DNA of 64,000 nt from Octopus sinensis (GCF_006345805.1 NC_043006.1:14198001-14262000); one strand, 5' to 3'; shown: positions 23,005-36,853, counted from the stretch's first letter. Notes: a model not told the origin generated them from the letters alone. A program made the numbers and translations.

Positions 23005-23480
23005 TCATCATCATCATCATCGTTTAATGTCTGCTTTCCATGCTAGCATGGGTTGGACGATTTTGACCGCGGGCTGGCGAACCAGATGGCTGCACCAGGC
23101 TCCAATCTTGATCTGGCCAAGTTTCTACAGCTGGATACCCTTCCTAACGCCAACCACTCCGAGAGTGTAGTGGGTGTTTCTGACGTGCCACCAGGATGGG
23201 GGCCAGTCAGGCGGTACTGGCAATGACCTCGCTCGAATCTTTTTACACATGCCACCGGCACGGTTGCCAGTAAGGCGACACTGGTAACGATCACGCTCGA
23301 ATGGTGCCTTTTACATGCCACTGGCTCGGAAGCCAGTTAGCCGCTCTGGCAACGATCATGCTCAGATGGTGGTCTTGGCACCCTACTAGCATGGGTACAG
23401 GTGCCAGTAAGGCGACACTGGTAACGATCACACTCGTATGGTGTTCTTTGCACCCCGCTAGCATGGATGCCAGTCATCGA
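23005..23480 (-). mobile_element. RTE 3'-UTR fragment
   Basis: (CAT)n tail, conserved end and repeated GCCAGTAAGGCGACACTGGTAACGATCAC units. Confidence 0.8.
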
Positions 23481-24045
23481 ATTTGATTTGGCTGGCATAA
23501 TCAAGTGAGGAAAATTTGAGCAGCTGTTCACAAGAAACAAATTCTGAAGGAGACTGTTGTACCATGAAATTCTCAATACTACTTTAAGCATGAATATCCT
23601 TGTCTTTTAAGGTCCATCTTCCATACTAACATAAGCCAGATGATTTGACAGGATCCAATGGGTCCAAGGACTGCATCACGTTCCCATGTCTGTCTTTTAT
23701 GGCTGGATGCCCTTCCTAATGCCAACCACTGGCAAAATGGTTGCAGTGCTTTGTGGTGCCAGCAAAATCAGGTTGCCATGCAGCTCCCAAGGCTAAGATC
23801 CCTTTTAACTAATTTGGGCTACAATAGAGATGTAGGCAACTACACGAGACGCTGAAGTAAGAGAGAAGAGGCTAGAATAGACTAAGGTTTTGTACTATAG
23901 ATGAGCTACATGGCTACTTACATTATGGAAGAGGGGATGGGTGTAACTGAGAGGGAAATATAATGCAATAAAATATCCTTTAGCATAATTATAAATTAAA
24001 GAGCAAATAACCATTGTGAGGCAATAAGTAGAAATTTACAAATTA

Positions 24046-24295
24046 CACACTGGGGTCGATGTAATCGACTTAATACCTATGTCTGTCCCCTCTATGTTTA
24101 GCCCCTTGAGGGTAATAAAGAAATAGGTATTTCATCTGCCGCTACGTTCTGAGTACAAATTCCGCCGAGGTTGACTTTACCTTTCATCCTTTCGGGGTTG
24201 ATTAAATAAGTACCAGATACGCACTGGGGTCGATGTAATCGACTTAATCCGTTTGTCTGTCCCCTGTGTTTAGCCCCTTGTGGGTAGTAAAGAAA
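24046..24295 (+). mobile_element. MetaSINE-like family B, partial dimer (diverged monomers at 4650-4800, 21411-21600, 22418-22620, 57090-57300)
   Basis: Same domain. Confidence 0.75.
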
Positions 24296-24619
24296 CGGTT
24301 ATTTAACCTCCCCAACACACAAACCCATCTCATTTCACACACAAACACAATGCAAAACTGAATACTCGGATGACTGTAAACAAATATCTGTTTAACCTCT
24401 CAGTGGACAGAAAAACTACCAGCTTAACTTGGTTTCAGTTCTACTGGGGATCTGTTTAAAGGCTATGTATCCATGTGTCCATAGAAAGGGATCCTTTAGG
24501 GCTATTTTTAGCGAAAAACGTTCTCTGGGCTGTCTTAGTGAAGTTTTGATATTTTGGTAAGAATATCATGGTTTAACTAAAAAAGTTAAATAGTGCACAT
24601 AAATAGTGCATTTCAGATT

Positions 24620-24950
24620 CATCATCGTCGTTTAACATCCGCTTTCCATGCATGGGTCGGACAGTTCGACTGGGATCTGGGAAGCCAGGAGGCTGCACCA
24701 GGCTCCATTCTGATCTGGCAGTGTTTCTACAGCTGTATGCCATTCCTAACGCCAACCACTCCATGAGTGTAGTGGGTGCTTTTTATGTGTCACCAGCACA
24801 GGTGCCAGGCGAGGCTGGCAACAGCCACGATCGGTTGGTGCTTTTTACGTGCCACTGGCACAGAGGCCAGTCGAGGCGGCGCTGGCAACGGCCACTTTTG
24901 GATGGTTCTTTTACATGCCACCAGCACCATCAGAACGTGGCCGTTGCCAT
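24620..24950 (-). mobile_element. RTE 3'-UTR fragment
   Basis: Conserved 3' end plus hairpin subunits. Confidence 0.8.
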
Positions 24951-25049
24951 ACTGTTTGAAGCATCAGTAATTATATGCAGAACTGTAGAGTCATCCATGG
25001 TCTTGTCGGACCATGGATCTGCAGATGGATAGTCTTGTTTGGCAGAACA

Positions 25050-25400
25050 GTATATGTTGTGACTAGAAACCCACATGCGAGTGGCAGTCCCAGCTACAGT
25101 TGAAGACAATGTCTACTAGTCTTGTCTTAACGCTGCACTTTCTTCAAATATATATTTCTTAGCTTTCTAAACCCTTGTCCACTTCTCACATCAACGGAAG
25201 CAATCATCAGTAATATCTTCCCACTTTACAACGTTTATGTAAAGAGGCCCCATGTCGCTCTTGCAAACATCTTTAAAACGATGATGGTTTGTGAGGTGGG
25301 GGGGGCATCCATCTGCTCCCTAGCTAGAAGCCTGATCACTATATAGGCGTTTTGGGACCCTCCCATCTGACGTGGTGTACATTACGTGGTTAAGTGGCCG
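25050..25400 (-). mobile_element. Old RTE (BovB/AviRTE-like) C-terminal fragment
   Basis: Broken frames give RVPKRLYSD..., HRFKDVCKSDM and WED, resembling the RTE C-terminal P..LLYG / R.KD..K.D / WE..A.DR motifs. Confidence 0.55.
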
Positions 25401-25433
25401 TGTACAACAGTAGCGCAAATAAAATATTAACAG

Positions 25434-25850
25434 AGAGGCGCAGGAGTGGCTGTGTGGTAAGTAGCTTGCTAACCAACCACATGGTACCGGGTTCAGTCCC
25501 ACTGCGTGGCATCTTGGGCAAGTGTCTTCTGCTATAGCCCCGGGCCGACCAATGCCTTGTGAGTGGATTTGGTAGACAGAAACTGAAAGAAGCCTGTCGT
25601 ATATATGTATATATATATGCATGTGTGTTTGTTTGTGTGTCTGTGTTTGTCCCCTAGCATTGCTTGACAACCGATGCTGGTGTGTTTATGTCCCCGTTAC
25701 TTAGCGGTTCGGCAAAAGAGACCGATAGAATAAGTACTGGGCTTACAAAAAAAAGAATAAGTTCCGGGGTCGAGTTGCTCGATTAAAGGCGGTGCTCCAG
25801 CATGGCCGCAGTCAAATGACTGAAACAAGTAAAAGAGTAAAAGAGTAAAG
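25434..25850 (+). mobile_element. SINE family A
   Basis: Full-length copy. Confidence 0.85.
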
Positions 25851-26146
25851 AGAGAGAAATGAGAGGAATTTAGCGATGGTATGTGAAGGCAAGCAACAGT
25901 AAATAAGATAGAGTTAGGATCTCTGTGCTGTGAGATGGTTCTGGTATTTCGAGCAGAAATATCAGAACTCCGATATTTAACCTCTCCAACACACAAACAC
26001 AATTAAATGGACGGAAATGGTGTATATAGATTAACTGCCCACTCCTGAACCTGAATCGATTTATTCTACATTGCAAACATTCATTTCCACTAAAATAAAA
26101 GTGTGTAAGCTGGTTAACAGACGGAAATACTCGGGGTACTACTTAA

Positions 26147-26372
26147 GAAGAGTGGTCCCGGTGCGCGCACTCGCGTACTCGCGCTAGCTAGTCGTGACTA
26201 GTCGATCCTAAAACGACTACCTAGCAAAGTAAATAAAACACAAAATAAATAATTTTATTTACACAAAGTAAATAATTTTTTTAAAACAAAGTAAATAAAA
26301 CACAAAGTAAGGATCGACTAGTCACGACTAGCTAGCGCTGATGCGCGAGTGCGCGCACAAGGACCACTCTCC
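26147..26372. mobile_element. Kolobok-like MITE with about 65-bp CpG-rich TIRs
   Basis: TTAA TSD; purine-purine termini (GA/GG); arms 26140-26209 and 26310-26379. Confidence 0.65.
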
Positions 26373-27188
26373 TTAAGTAGGACCTCAGTTATGTTGATAG
26401 GGGTGAAAGGCAAACTAGTCCAAAGGCAGTGTTCATATTCAGTCTGTGAATGCGGTTAGGACGTTCGACTTTCAAATGAAACCAGTTCTTTGAGTAAAAG
26501 TTATGAAATCGTAAACTTTACTGTGCTGAAAACAGTTAAGTTCAAATAATTTAAAGAGACTACGTTTTCTTTCGATTAACACAAAAAAAAATGACGAAAT
26601 TTTCGGTAGGACCCCATTACCAAAATACTAGCAAGTAAAACAGTAGTAATAATTTGATGTAATTTATTGAAATAAACACAGGCTCTCAAGACAATAATTG
26701 TTAGGGACTGAGAGTTCACTTGACTTCAGCTCTTTACATAAACTTATTTTATTGACCCGCAAAAGAAGAAATGCAAAATTGACCTTGACAAGATTTGAAC
26801 GCAAAACACGACGAGCAACATAAATATTGATTTCTAACATTAAGAGATACGGAGCCCAAAACACGTGTTGAAGGGGGGGAAAAAAGTGGTCTGGTAATTA
26901 TTTACTTATATTACTGACCCCCAAGGAAATAAAAGTAAAGACGACAACAGGAAATTGCGAACGTAAAGTAATTTAGTCCGAGGCTAAATGCAGTGCTTTT
27001 AATTCAAATATGAACATTGGCTTTCCTAAACCGGTGAAACGAAACATATACTTGGCCAGATTATCGAACTCATGCGTTTAATTCATGTATCTAACACTGT
27101 GTGTGTGTAATTTAATTTAAATAGATAGATATGTATATTGCGCAGATGCTTGTCATGTGTGATTATGTTTACACTGGTATAAAAACTG

Positions 27189-27379
27189 CCGTATTTCGTC
27201 TGCCGTTAAGTTCTGAGTTCAAATTCCGCCGAGGTCGACTTTGCCTTTCAGCCTTTCGGGGTCGATTAACTAAGGGCCAGTTACGCACTGGGGTCGATAT
27301 AATCGACTTAATCTGTTTGTCTGTCCTTGTTTGTCCCCTCTGTGTTTAGCCCCTTGTGGGTAGTAAAGAAATAGAAATA
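27189..27379 (+). mobile_element. MetaSINE-like family B, 5'-truncated
   Basis: 13-bp TSD GGTATAAAAACTG (27176 and 27380). Confidence 0.85.
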
Positions 27380-28404
27380 GGTATAAAAACTGGTGTTGTT
27401 TTATGTCCTTTTCAAGCACCCCGTAACCCAGCAACTCGACAAATAAGTTTCGATAAAATAAGAGCCACACTTAAATAAGTGCTGAGGTCGATCAGATAGC
27501 TTAAAACGATTGAAGGCGTTGCCTCGGCCCAAGTAAGCCCGAAGTTCAATGACTGAAACTAGTCGCATGTATGTATGAGGACAAGGTCCTGGTCCGTGCA
27601 CAGGATGAAACTAATCATTAGCTGCAATTTTTATGGTTCTGGGAACTTTAAAAAATGACATAATATAAAATATAATTACTTTCGCTAATCAGTGACATTC
27701 AAATATGTAAAAAGCAATTATTTTATTGTCACTAATGGGTAAATGTGAAGACTGGCCTCGTAAGGTTAGGTTCGCGGATTATTCATTTAGCTCCTAGGTC
27801 AGCTCTGGTTCGAGCAGATCTATGATCGAAGACATTCCAAAAGTGACCATACCGTCAATTTTAGTGATATCAAGGAATATATTATATAACGTGTTCTTGC
27901 TTTTCTAAGGATGAGAGTTTTGACTGGGTTTTTCTCCTTTTCTTTTTATTTCTTTTCAGCCAGTCAAACTCACATGTTGGCTTCCTCGTTGACTGGGTTC
28001 TCAACGATAAATAATTCGAAAGTAATAATAAAAAATATTTCAGTCTATTTTCTTCAGAACATATCATACCAAATTGTTTTATAAACTAATTTTGGTGGGG
28101 CTATAATAGCTACAACCTAATTAGAAAGGAAAATGGGGCGGAAAAAAGGTGATTAGGTAAATGACCTTCGGAGGGCTTTTGAGCAGGAAAGTGTACAGAA
28201 ATGATAATATTGCATAAATTGTACTAAATATAATAATATCGACAGAAGAAGAGGAAGAAAAACAATTAAATCTTTCTGTTTTAAGAATTTAAACAAAAAT
28301 AAACGTAGAGGTTTGGGTTTTTTTACTCTTTTAAAAGGGTTAATTCGTTAATTAAAGGTTAATTGAAGCTGTAGGGGAGAAGGAAAGAGAGAGAGAGATC
28401 ATAC

Positions 28405-28534
28405 CGGTATAAATAGACTGGGAAATGCCGTAAGCGAGACCACCAGCCATGGCAAAAAGGCTGAGTCCGGCTGTGAGAGGTTTACTTCCACCTCGGAATC
28501 TGTTGAGCATATCTGCTAGCTTCTTTGGATCCAT
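28405..28534 (-). CDS. PHB2: Prohibitin-2 exon 1 (MDPKKLADML...GGLAYGISQSIYT; N-terminal membrane anchor)
   Basis: ATG at 28534-28532; GT donor (G|gtatga) after 28405, phase 1, matching exon 2. The 8 exons sum to 891 nt = 296 aa + stop. Confidence 0.93.
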
Positions 28535-28790
28535 TGTGGGAAATTCTGTCTGGCGATTTTTTTATTTCTCTTCTAAACAAATGACTGGCGTAATGGACGA
28601 ACAACACGTGTGCTGGCAAGGGTTTCAGCTAAATGTGGGAACGTGTTTGACGAAACGAAATGCTCATGAATGAAATTTCTTTTCTCCACAAGAACGTTCT
28701 AGATGCAGTTGTTGTTGCTGATGCAATTTTTTTTAATTATTTTAAATATAAGATTGCTTATATGTGTGTGTGTGTACACATTCATATATG

Positions 28791-28866
<76 letters not shown>

Positions 28867-28895
28867 TATAATATATAATATATATCTCTCTCTCT

Positions 28896-29284
28896 CTTTT
28901 ACTCTTTTACTTGTTTCAGTCATTTGACTGCGGCCATGCTGGAGCACCGCCTTTAATCGAGCAACTCGACCCCGGGACTTATTCTTTTGTAAGCCCAGTA
29001 CTTATTCTATCGGTCTCTTTTGCCGAACCGCTAAGTAACGGGGACATAAACACATCAGCATCGGTTGTCAAGTGATGTTGGGGGGACGAACACAGACACA
29101 CACATACATATACATATATACGACGGGCTTCTTTCAGTTTCCGTCTACCAAATCCAGTCAGAAGGCTTTGGTCGACCCGAGGCTATAGTAGAAGACACTT
29201 GCCCAAGGTGCCACGCAGTGGGACTGAACCCGGAGCCATGTGGTTGGTAAACAAGCTACTTACCACACAGCCACTCCTGCACCT
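28896..29284 (-). mobile_element. SINE family A upstream of PHB2 (a partial copy follows at 29546-29870)
   Basis: Full-length reverse copy. Confidence 0.85.
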
Positions 29285-29765
29285 ATGCATATATGCATAT
29301 ATACATACATATATGCATATATGTACGTACATACCTACATCTATATGTATATATCTATGCATATATGGGTACAGGACATAAAAAAAAAACGTTTTGAACA
29401 CAATGAGAAACGAAAACATAAAAACAAAAGCATGGAAACGAACTTTTTTCAAACAACGAGAAAACAGAGTACAAGACATACAACACAAGGAATATCCCCA
29501 TACATACATGTGTGGGGGGGTGCGTGTGTGGGTGTGTGTTCTTTTATTCTTGTTTCAGTCGTTTGACTGCAACCATGCTGGAGCACCGCCTTTAAGGTTT
29601 TTAAGTCAAAAAAAAATTGAGCCTAGGACTTACTCTTCGTAAGCCTAGTACTTATTCTATCGATATCTTTTGCCGAACCGCTAAGTTACGGGGATGTAAA
29701 CACACCAATATCGGTTGACAAGTGATGGTAGGGGACAAACACAAAGACACACACACAACATACAT

Positions 29766-29834
<69 letters not shown>

Positions 29835-30329
29835 CACGCAGGACGAGCTTCTTTCAGTTTCCGTCGCGTGTGTGTGGTTCTGTGGGTGTCTAAGCAGGCA
29901 AAATATGTCACACCAATAGGACAAAAAGGTGGGGGAAACAGACTCAAATATCTCTTCCTCAGCAGCTATTGAATGATGTTCCGCATTTCCAACGTGTGTG
30001 TGTATGTGTGTAAAAGATTTACACACATACACACACACACGCTGTCAGCTCCGCTAGTTTTTGTCGTTTTTCTCTCGTTGCCTTCTGTCCCTAGCCCTAT
30101 CAATGTTTCCTCGTGACACTTTAGAAACAACTAGTAACTGAAACCACCCTTTTAGACCTGATCTTCATATCCTCCACAGTAAAAAAAAATCCTCCAAATG
30201 GTTCACTCGTAGTTGCTCTACAGCTTTTAAGGTAAAAAATTTTAAAAGAAAAAAAGAGAGAAAGGGGGGGATACCTACAGCTGTAAAAAGAATCTTGTCC
30301 ACTCCCACAAAACTTGGTACCATTCACCC

Positions 30330-30580
30330 AGAAGTCTGAGTGACTTTTGGTACAAGAAAACAAGTGAAAGGTACCCACACCTTAAAGCGGCAGCTGAGCC
30401 ATTCCTTCTGGCATTTCCCAGCTCATATAACGGTGGAAGCTGGTTTCACCCGTGCAAACGCAATCCTCAGTAAATAGAATAATCGCCTGAACCTGGAGGA
30501 ACCAGGCGATTTGGAACTGAAACTGACCAACATTCAGCCTGATATCAATTCAGGATGGCCATGCTCATCCCTCACATTGA
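30330..30580 (+). pseudogene. hAT/Buster transposase C-terminal (dimerization domain) remnant
   Basis: SLSDFW...YPHLKAAAEPFLLAFPSSY / VEAGFTRANAILSK*NNRLNLEEPGDLELKLTNIQPDI / HAHPSH*, with two frameshifts. Confidence 0.75.
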
Positions 30581-30854
30581 TGTTGTCAATTTCAATAAAA
30601 GATATTCCGGCAATGGGATGTGTTCTTCACATTTTCTAACCGTGTAAACAATTTCATAAAAATTGAAAGTTTGATACTTGTATACTTGTACGCGTACTTT
30701 TAAATGTAAAAAATGTGTCATCTTCAACAGAACTTCTTAATTTGTCGTACATGTATATTTTAGCTAACATTTTAATTGCCAGCATCAGTGCCCGGTATGC
30801 ATTTAAGATATGACACGGTAGGGAAGGGTAAGGGTATTAAGATATTTCAAATGA

Positions 30855-31270
30855 GGCGGCGAGCTGGCAGAACCGTTAGCATGCCGGGCGAAATGCTTAG
30901 CGGTATTTCGTCTGCCGTTACGTTCTGAGTTCAAATTCCTCCGAGGTCGACTTTGCCTTTCCTCCTTTCGGGGTCGATAAATTAAGTACCAGTTACGCAC
31001 TGGGTCGATGTAATCGACTTAATACCTATGTCTGTCTTTGTTTGTCCCCTCTGTGTTTAGCCCCTTGTGGGTAATAAAGAAATAGGTATTTCGTCTGCTG
31101 TTACGTTCTGAGTTCAAATTCCGCCGAGGTCGACTTTGCCTTTCATCCTTTTGGGGTCGATAAATTAAGTACCAGTTACGCACTGGGTCGATGTAATCGA
31201 CTTAATCCGTGTGTCTGTCCTTGTTTTTCCCCTCTATGTTTAGCCCCTTGTGGGTAGTAAAGAAATAGGT
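30855..31270 (+). mobile_element. MetaSINE-like family B, dimer
   Basis: Head plus two bodies; imperfect TSD G(A/G)TATTT(C/T)AAATGAGG. Confidence 0.85.
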
Positions 31271-32298
31271 ATTTTAAATGAGGAAGGTGGTCAATGCAGA
31301 AGGAGAAGTGGCTAAAATGGGTTGATGCAGAAGAAGTGGCTAAAGAAGGTCGATGCGGTAGAAGTGGCTAAAGGGGGTCGATGGTCGAAAAAGTTTGGTG
31401 ACTCCTGCTGTAGACAAATACAAAGCCTCCGACTGTGTCTCTAATCAAAACCTTTCCCCTACGAGCTGCATCCACTTCTCGTTTCTTGAGTAGTTTCCAA
31501 TCGAATCGCACCTTTGCGACATGTGTTGATAGAACTCTTTCTCCTCCTGCTTCTGTCGATCTCCAGGATTCGGTTCTGCTCTCTACTTTCTTTCTTCTGT
31601 GTATCATTGACCTTTTTGCCGTCAAATCAGGTCTGTCGCCAGACTTTGGTGCCAAGGGGTGCTTCAGAACATTCTGAGTGGACACTAATTTGTATTGCAG
31701 GAAGATTTTTGTAAACTGTATTTTCTAAATCTGAGGGTGCACCGTTAAATAGCGAGGGTGAAATGCCGTCCAGTACTCCATCCCTTTTAGCGATGGGCAT
31801 GTATCACATCCAACAATGCCCACTGCAATGCAGATAACATGAACTTTCATTCTTCTCTGTCCTTCCTTGGCTATGTATCATCCAAACGCAGCCTAGCTAT
31901 CACACATCAAACCTGCAATGATTTTGTAAAGGGAGACCTTGAAAGCATCCTCCTTTGAAAGCCGACCAACAAAAAAACACTGAAGCACTGGCATAGCTAA
32001 GGAGGGTGGTAGGAGCGGTCCGCCCCGGGTGACACTTTTGGGTCTGCTATAGACAATATGTGTTTTTTTGGGGTCCGGAAGCGGCAAACGGAAGGGTCGC
32101 ACTGGGCGGCACACACTCTTGCTACGCTAGTGCACTCAAGCACTATTCATATCAAGAGTACACCATTGGATTCGGAATCCATTGGGCTCAGTCTTTCTTA
32201 CAACTTGCAATAATTGTTCTTGAAATTTATTGATGATTGTAAAGGATTGAGTTAATTCCCTTTAATTGTAAAATTACATTATTGTTTTATTTAATGAA

Positions 32299-35032
32299 CT
32301 AGCACTATGACCCGGCGTTGCTGGGTCATAGTGCTAGTGCATGCATATACAGCTGCGTGCGTGCGCACATACACGCAAGTACTGTCCAAATCTCTGACCA
32401 ATCACATACAGCTAGCTGGCATTCAATTGGGCATTTTAATTGGGTTTTGGATAGAAAATTCACAAAAAAGTCACTTCTATTGATTTTTTATTGGCTTTGC
32501 CGGGTGACTGGGGAAATGTAAAGATATGCACGACCAACCTTGGGCGGTTTTGAATGACCATAGAAAGCGCAAGCCCTCTAACTGAAAAATTGTGGATTTG
32601 TATAAAGGACGCGCACGCTCATTTTGCCGTTTATATAGAGAGATTATATTTGACTAGCAGAATTGCCCGGCGTTGCTCGGGGCTGAATTGCTTGAAAGTA
32701 CTGTTAATGATTGCACTGAATTATGATGATTATTCAGGCAAATATTGATAATAAGTTTACGGTGGGAGATAAGGACTTAACGATCAAACGTGTGCCATTG
32801 CATTGTTTTGGGGGAACCAAATTTCTGATGAGCATTATAGGGGCACCAACTTTAAGTTTGAGAAAGTGTGGTGGTAGTCCGGGGTGTTCAAAGGAATTGA
32901 GTACCTCTATTGGATAGTTGATGACGTCCTCTGGGTGAGGAGTTGTATCGATAGACTGATATACATAGACTTCCCCATGAATGAGTTTTAGCATTTCATC
33001 ATTAATATGGTGAACAGTTTTATTCCTCGGGGCCAGTATAGCCTTTTTGCCAATCCAATCCATATTCTGATAATTAGCTTGTAGATCTGGGAACACTGCA
33101 TCTCTGAGATCAGAAGGCGTCTTAACAATGGTACAAATGGAATCGATGGCAATATTACCATTTTCATCCCCTGGTATTTTGCCTTCGCCAAGTGCAAGGA
33201 GGGTGTGAGGAAATGCTGCTGATGTGATATTACGTCGCATATGAGCACGCATATTGGTGTGAAGTTTGAGAGTTACTTCCGTTTATTTAAAGAAATATGC
33301 ATTAAAATGGAAAAAAATTATGGTAAATTATTTGTAAAATCGTAGACTCATCGTAGACGCGCGCTAATACCCAGAAGGGCTCGATATGAATCACGACTAT
33401 AAGATACCCGGTTTTGGTTAAACTGCATCGCAAAATGTGGGAGTAGTTAGGAATCTAAATCGGAGTAGACAGACACACAACCTTTCTTTTATATATAAAT
33501 ATTTTCGTCCTAAAAAACTTTGTATGGATTGAATGGTTACCTGTATGGAAATATATACACGCACATTATACATACATGTGTGTATAGATGAATATATAAA
33601 TACATTTAAATATCTATATACACTTTTGGGCGATCTTTCTGTTTCTTAGAGATAACATTAGATCTTATTTTCGTCCTAAAAAACTTTGTGCGGAGTGAAT
33701 GGTTACCTCTATGGAAATATATACACACACATTATACATACATCTGTGTATAGATGAATATATAAATACATTTAAATATCTATATACACTTTTGGGCGAT
33801 CTTTCTGCTACTTGGATATACTTTAGATCTTATATTCGTCCTAAATAACTTTGTATGGAGTGAAAGGTTACCTCTATGGAAATATATACACACACATTAT
33901 ACATACATCTGTGTATAGATGAATATATAAATACATTTAAATATCTATATACACTTTTGGGCGATCTTTCTGCTACTTGGATATACTTTAGATCTTATAT
34001 TCGTCCTAAAAGACTTTGTATGAATTGAAAAAGAAAATGAAGTGAAATTTTTAAGAAAGGAATTTGTTTACATACATGTGTGAAATGGCAAATGTTTGTG
34101 CAGTTGTCCGAAATGGAACCAGGGTAAATGTGTGGAACTGATGTATTATAATGAATAGTCCTTCTTGTTGTGAATATTAATTTGATTAATATGAACTGAA
34201 AACCAGTGGTGTAGCATATAAGACCATAGGTGATCTAGCAAAAAGGATGACCAGTCTGACTGGTTCATCCCTGTCACACACTCACACACACGCACACACA
34301 CACACACACACTCACACACACGCACACACACATGCACACACACACACTCACACACACGCACACACACACACACACACACGTTAGCTTACAATTTTATTTA
34401 TATATTTGCGTGTCTATGTGTGTAAAGAGGAAGTGGGAGTAATATGCAGAGTGAAAGAGTGAAATGGTAAAATATTTAGTTTTGTCGAATTTTTTCTGAA
34501 ATGGGGGTGAAATTGAAAGAAATTTTGTATGCCATGACCGAATGGAAGTACTTTGAAAAATCATAGGTAAACTCTAATTGAAGAAATTGTGTGAGGAGTA
34601 AATCGTTATGTATTTATTTGTTTCTGTTTGCTATGTTGTTGTTTTTTTTTAGTAGTGGTTTAAGGTACACTTCTCTCGTTTTATATAAATACTTTCACTT
34701 TAATCGTTGCACACTTGCAAAGAGAAAGGAGGAGAAATTAGGGTGATAGCATGAGTGAAGCATTTCGCTCCGTTTGTGTGTGTGTGTGTGTGTGTGTTGT
34801 GTGTGTTTGCTGTAGCCCACACTAAGAAAAGCACTTCACTTACACACCACAATGTGAGTTTTCTCGAAATTTTGCTTAATTGGGGGTGAAATTTTAAAAA
34901 CTGTACCTGGCACGACTCGATGTATTCTACTCTTAAAAATGCTAGGTAAATTGTAATTGAAGAAATCCTATATTGTAGATTTCTATAAGAGACAAAGGGA
35001 GGCAGATAAAATCTGCCTTTTATAATAAGAGA
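32299..35032 (-). mobile_element. Composite non-autonomous Helitron, copy B (inverted relative to A)
   Basis: Same termini (A|TC at 35032, CTAG|T at 32299). ORF 32734-33252 has Pif1 motifs [24 protein letters not shown] and CNGTRLIV. Three 165-bp units plus about 260 bp missing from A. Confidence 0.9.
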
Positions 35033-35329
35033 TAAGAAGAGATAATATCTTCAATGCCAGTCAATCCAGCATTGGCCGCCTGATCAATAAGCCACATGTA
35101 AAGTCTCCTCTTACTTAATCCAATTATTTATACCGTTATAACGATTATCGTGGAAGGCTTTTGAAACCAAAATGTTGAGTCTCTTGGGTTCAGAAGTATT
35201 CAAGGAATGGAAAAAATTGTTCCCAGCAAATTTTCTTGATTTGTTTATAAACCTCTGGGACATGTGATAAGAATTAAAAAAAACGTAATATCCAACACCA
35301 AGGATGCTCAAGGCTTGTCAGTCTAGAAG

Positions 35330-36649
35330 TTACCGTCTATACTGAGGTCTTCTGTTTGTTTTGTTGGTATGTTCAAAGTCTTCATTGTATTTAAATGTTT
35401 TTAACATTTGATCCTTCTTTGCCAGTACACAACTATACCGCCATAATATCCCAGTATAAGTCTCCGTATTAACTGTTACTGAGTCTTCCCAAGTGTCTAT
35501 TTCGTTGCAGGGTTCTGTATTTGAACCGTCGTATATTACTACGTATTTTATTTTTTCACAGGCCGGGGGAGGGGAAGTTTTGGGGCTCTTGTGTGTCTGC
35601 GTTTTTCTTTGTGTCGGGGGGGAGTGGGGAGGTTTGGTGTCTGTAAGAGGAGGATGGGGCAAAATGGGTGTTGGTGGTTGTGGGGTGGCAGTGGGATGGG
35701 GGTCGACATCCAAATGGCTTATTTTCCCCCCTCTTTTCTCTTTTTCTCTTTCCGACCGCTCCCCACTCATTCCCTTCTTTGCTTTCTCTTCCTTAGCACT
35801 TGCGTTTTCTCCTGTTGGTACTGGAGGTTCGGCTTCCTTTCTGCTCACGGGTCCTTCTTGGGGCTTTTTGGGCGGCAGAGGACAGTCTGCTTTGATGTGG
35901 CCTTTTAGGCCATACTTGTAGCAACACGGGGTCCTGCCTTCCATTCTGATCCATGATGATCACGTCTTCTATAGCGATAGTTTGTACTATATTTTCGATG
36001 TCTTCTGGGGACCCCTGGATAATCATATCCAGGTTCTACTCTTGCCAATTCTTATGAGCTGTTCTTGTGGCCTGGAGGACCGCTATCTTATCTTCATTGC
36101 CCAGCAGTATGGCAGCTACTAGCCAGGCTACTTCAATCTCTGGTGGTATATCATCTACCCTAACTCTGGAAGCACGTCTCCCAAGGTATATGGATAGAAG
36201 TACCACTTCTGTTTTTAACGGGGTTACCGAGTGTAACCTAGCAGCAGCTACCTCTTGAAAACGCACCTCCACTGTTCCGAACTTCCTTCCACTGACGAGG
36301 TATGAAATTCCTTACCAGATTGGTTTCAAGGCTTTTTTTTTTCTACTTGTGTGGTCGTCGTTATTTCGATTTTCTTTATTTGTGTGGAGTACGTTCTATA
36401 TATTATAGTTTTCTCCTTGGGATCTTTCATAGTTTCTTGTGAAGGGAACACCTTTACTTCGCACCCCACCCTACAAAGCATGTTCTTATATTTACTCAGT
36501 TCTCTTAGTTCGACTTCGTTGCTGTGGATCTTGACGACAGCCGTAAAATTTCTTTTTTTCAACTGCTCATCCATTATTTCGACAGACTTCAATAGTTCCT
36601 CCTCAGAAGACGTAAGCTCCGAGGAGGTGAGGTTTTCGTATTCCATCAT
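35330..36649 (-). pseudogene. Degenerate gag-like ORF1 of an L1/Tx1-type LINE with a zinc knuckle
   Basis: Three colinear ORF pieces (36326-36649, 36036-36272, 35330-35944) broken by frameshifts and a stop; CCYKYGLKGHIKADCP knuckle; Pro/Lys-rich tail. Confidence 0.6.
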
Positions 36650-36853
36650 TAATACTTGCGCTACCCCCTCTTTCGAAGGGAGAAAGCGTCAACAGATTGC
36701 CGTAAGGCAGTAAAACAATTGTGACAAAGTATTTAAAAAAACACGAAACAACAAATATAACACTCGCGCACGTCAAAGCTGTGCAGAAAAAAAGTGAGAC
36801 TGGAACCAACAGAGGTCTGGAACGAAAGACATCGAGACGAGGAGAAGGTGAGC

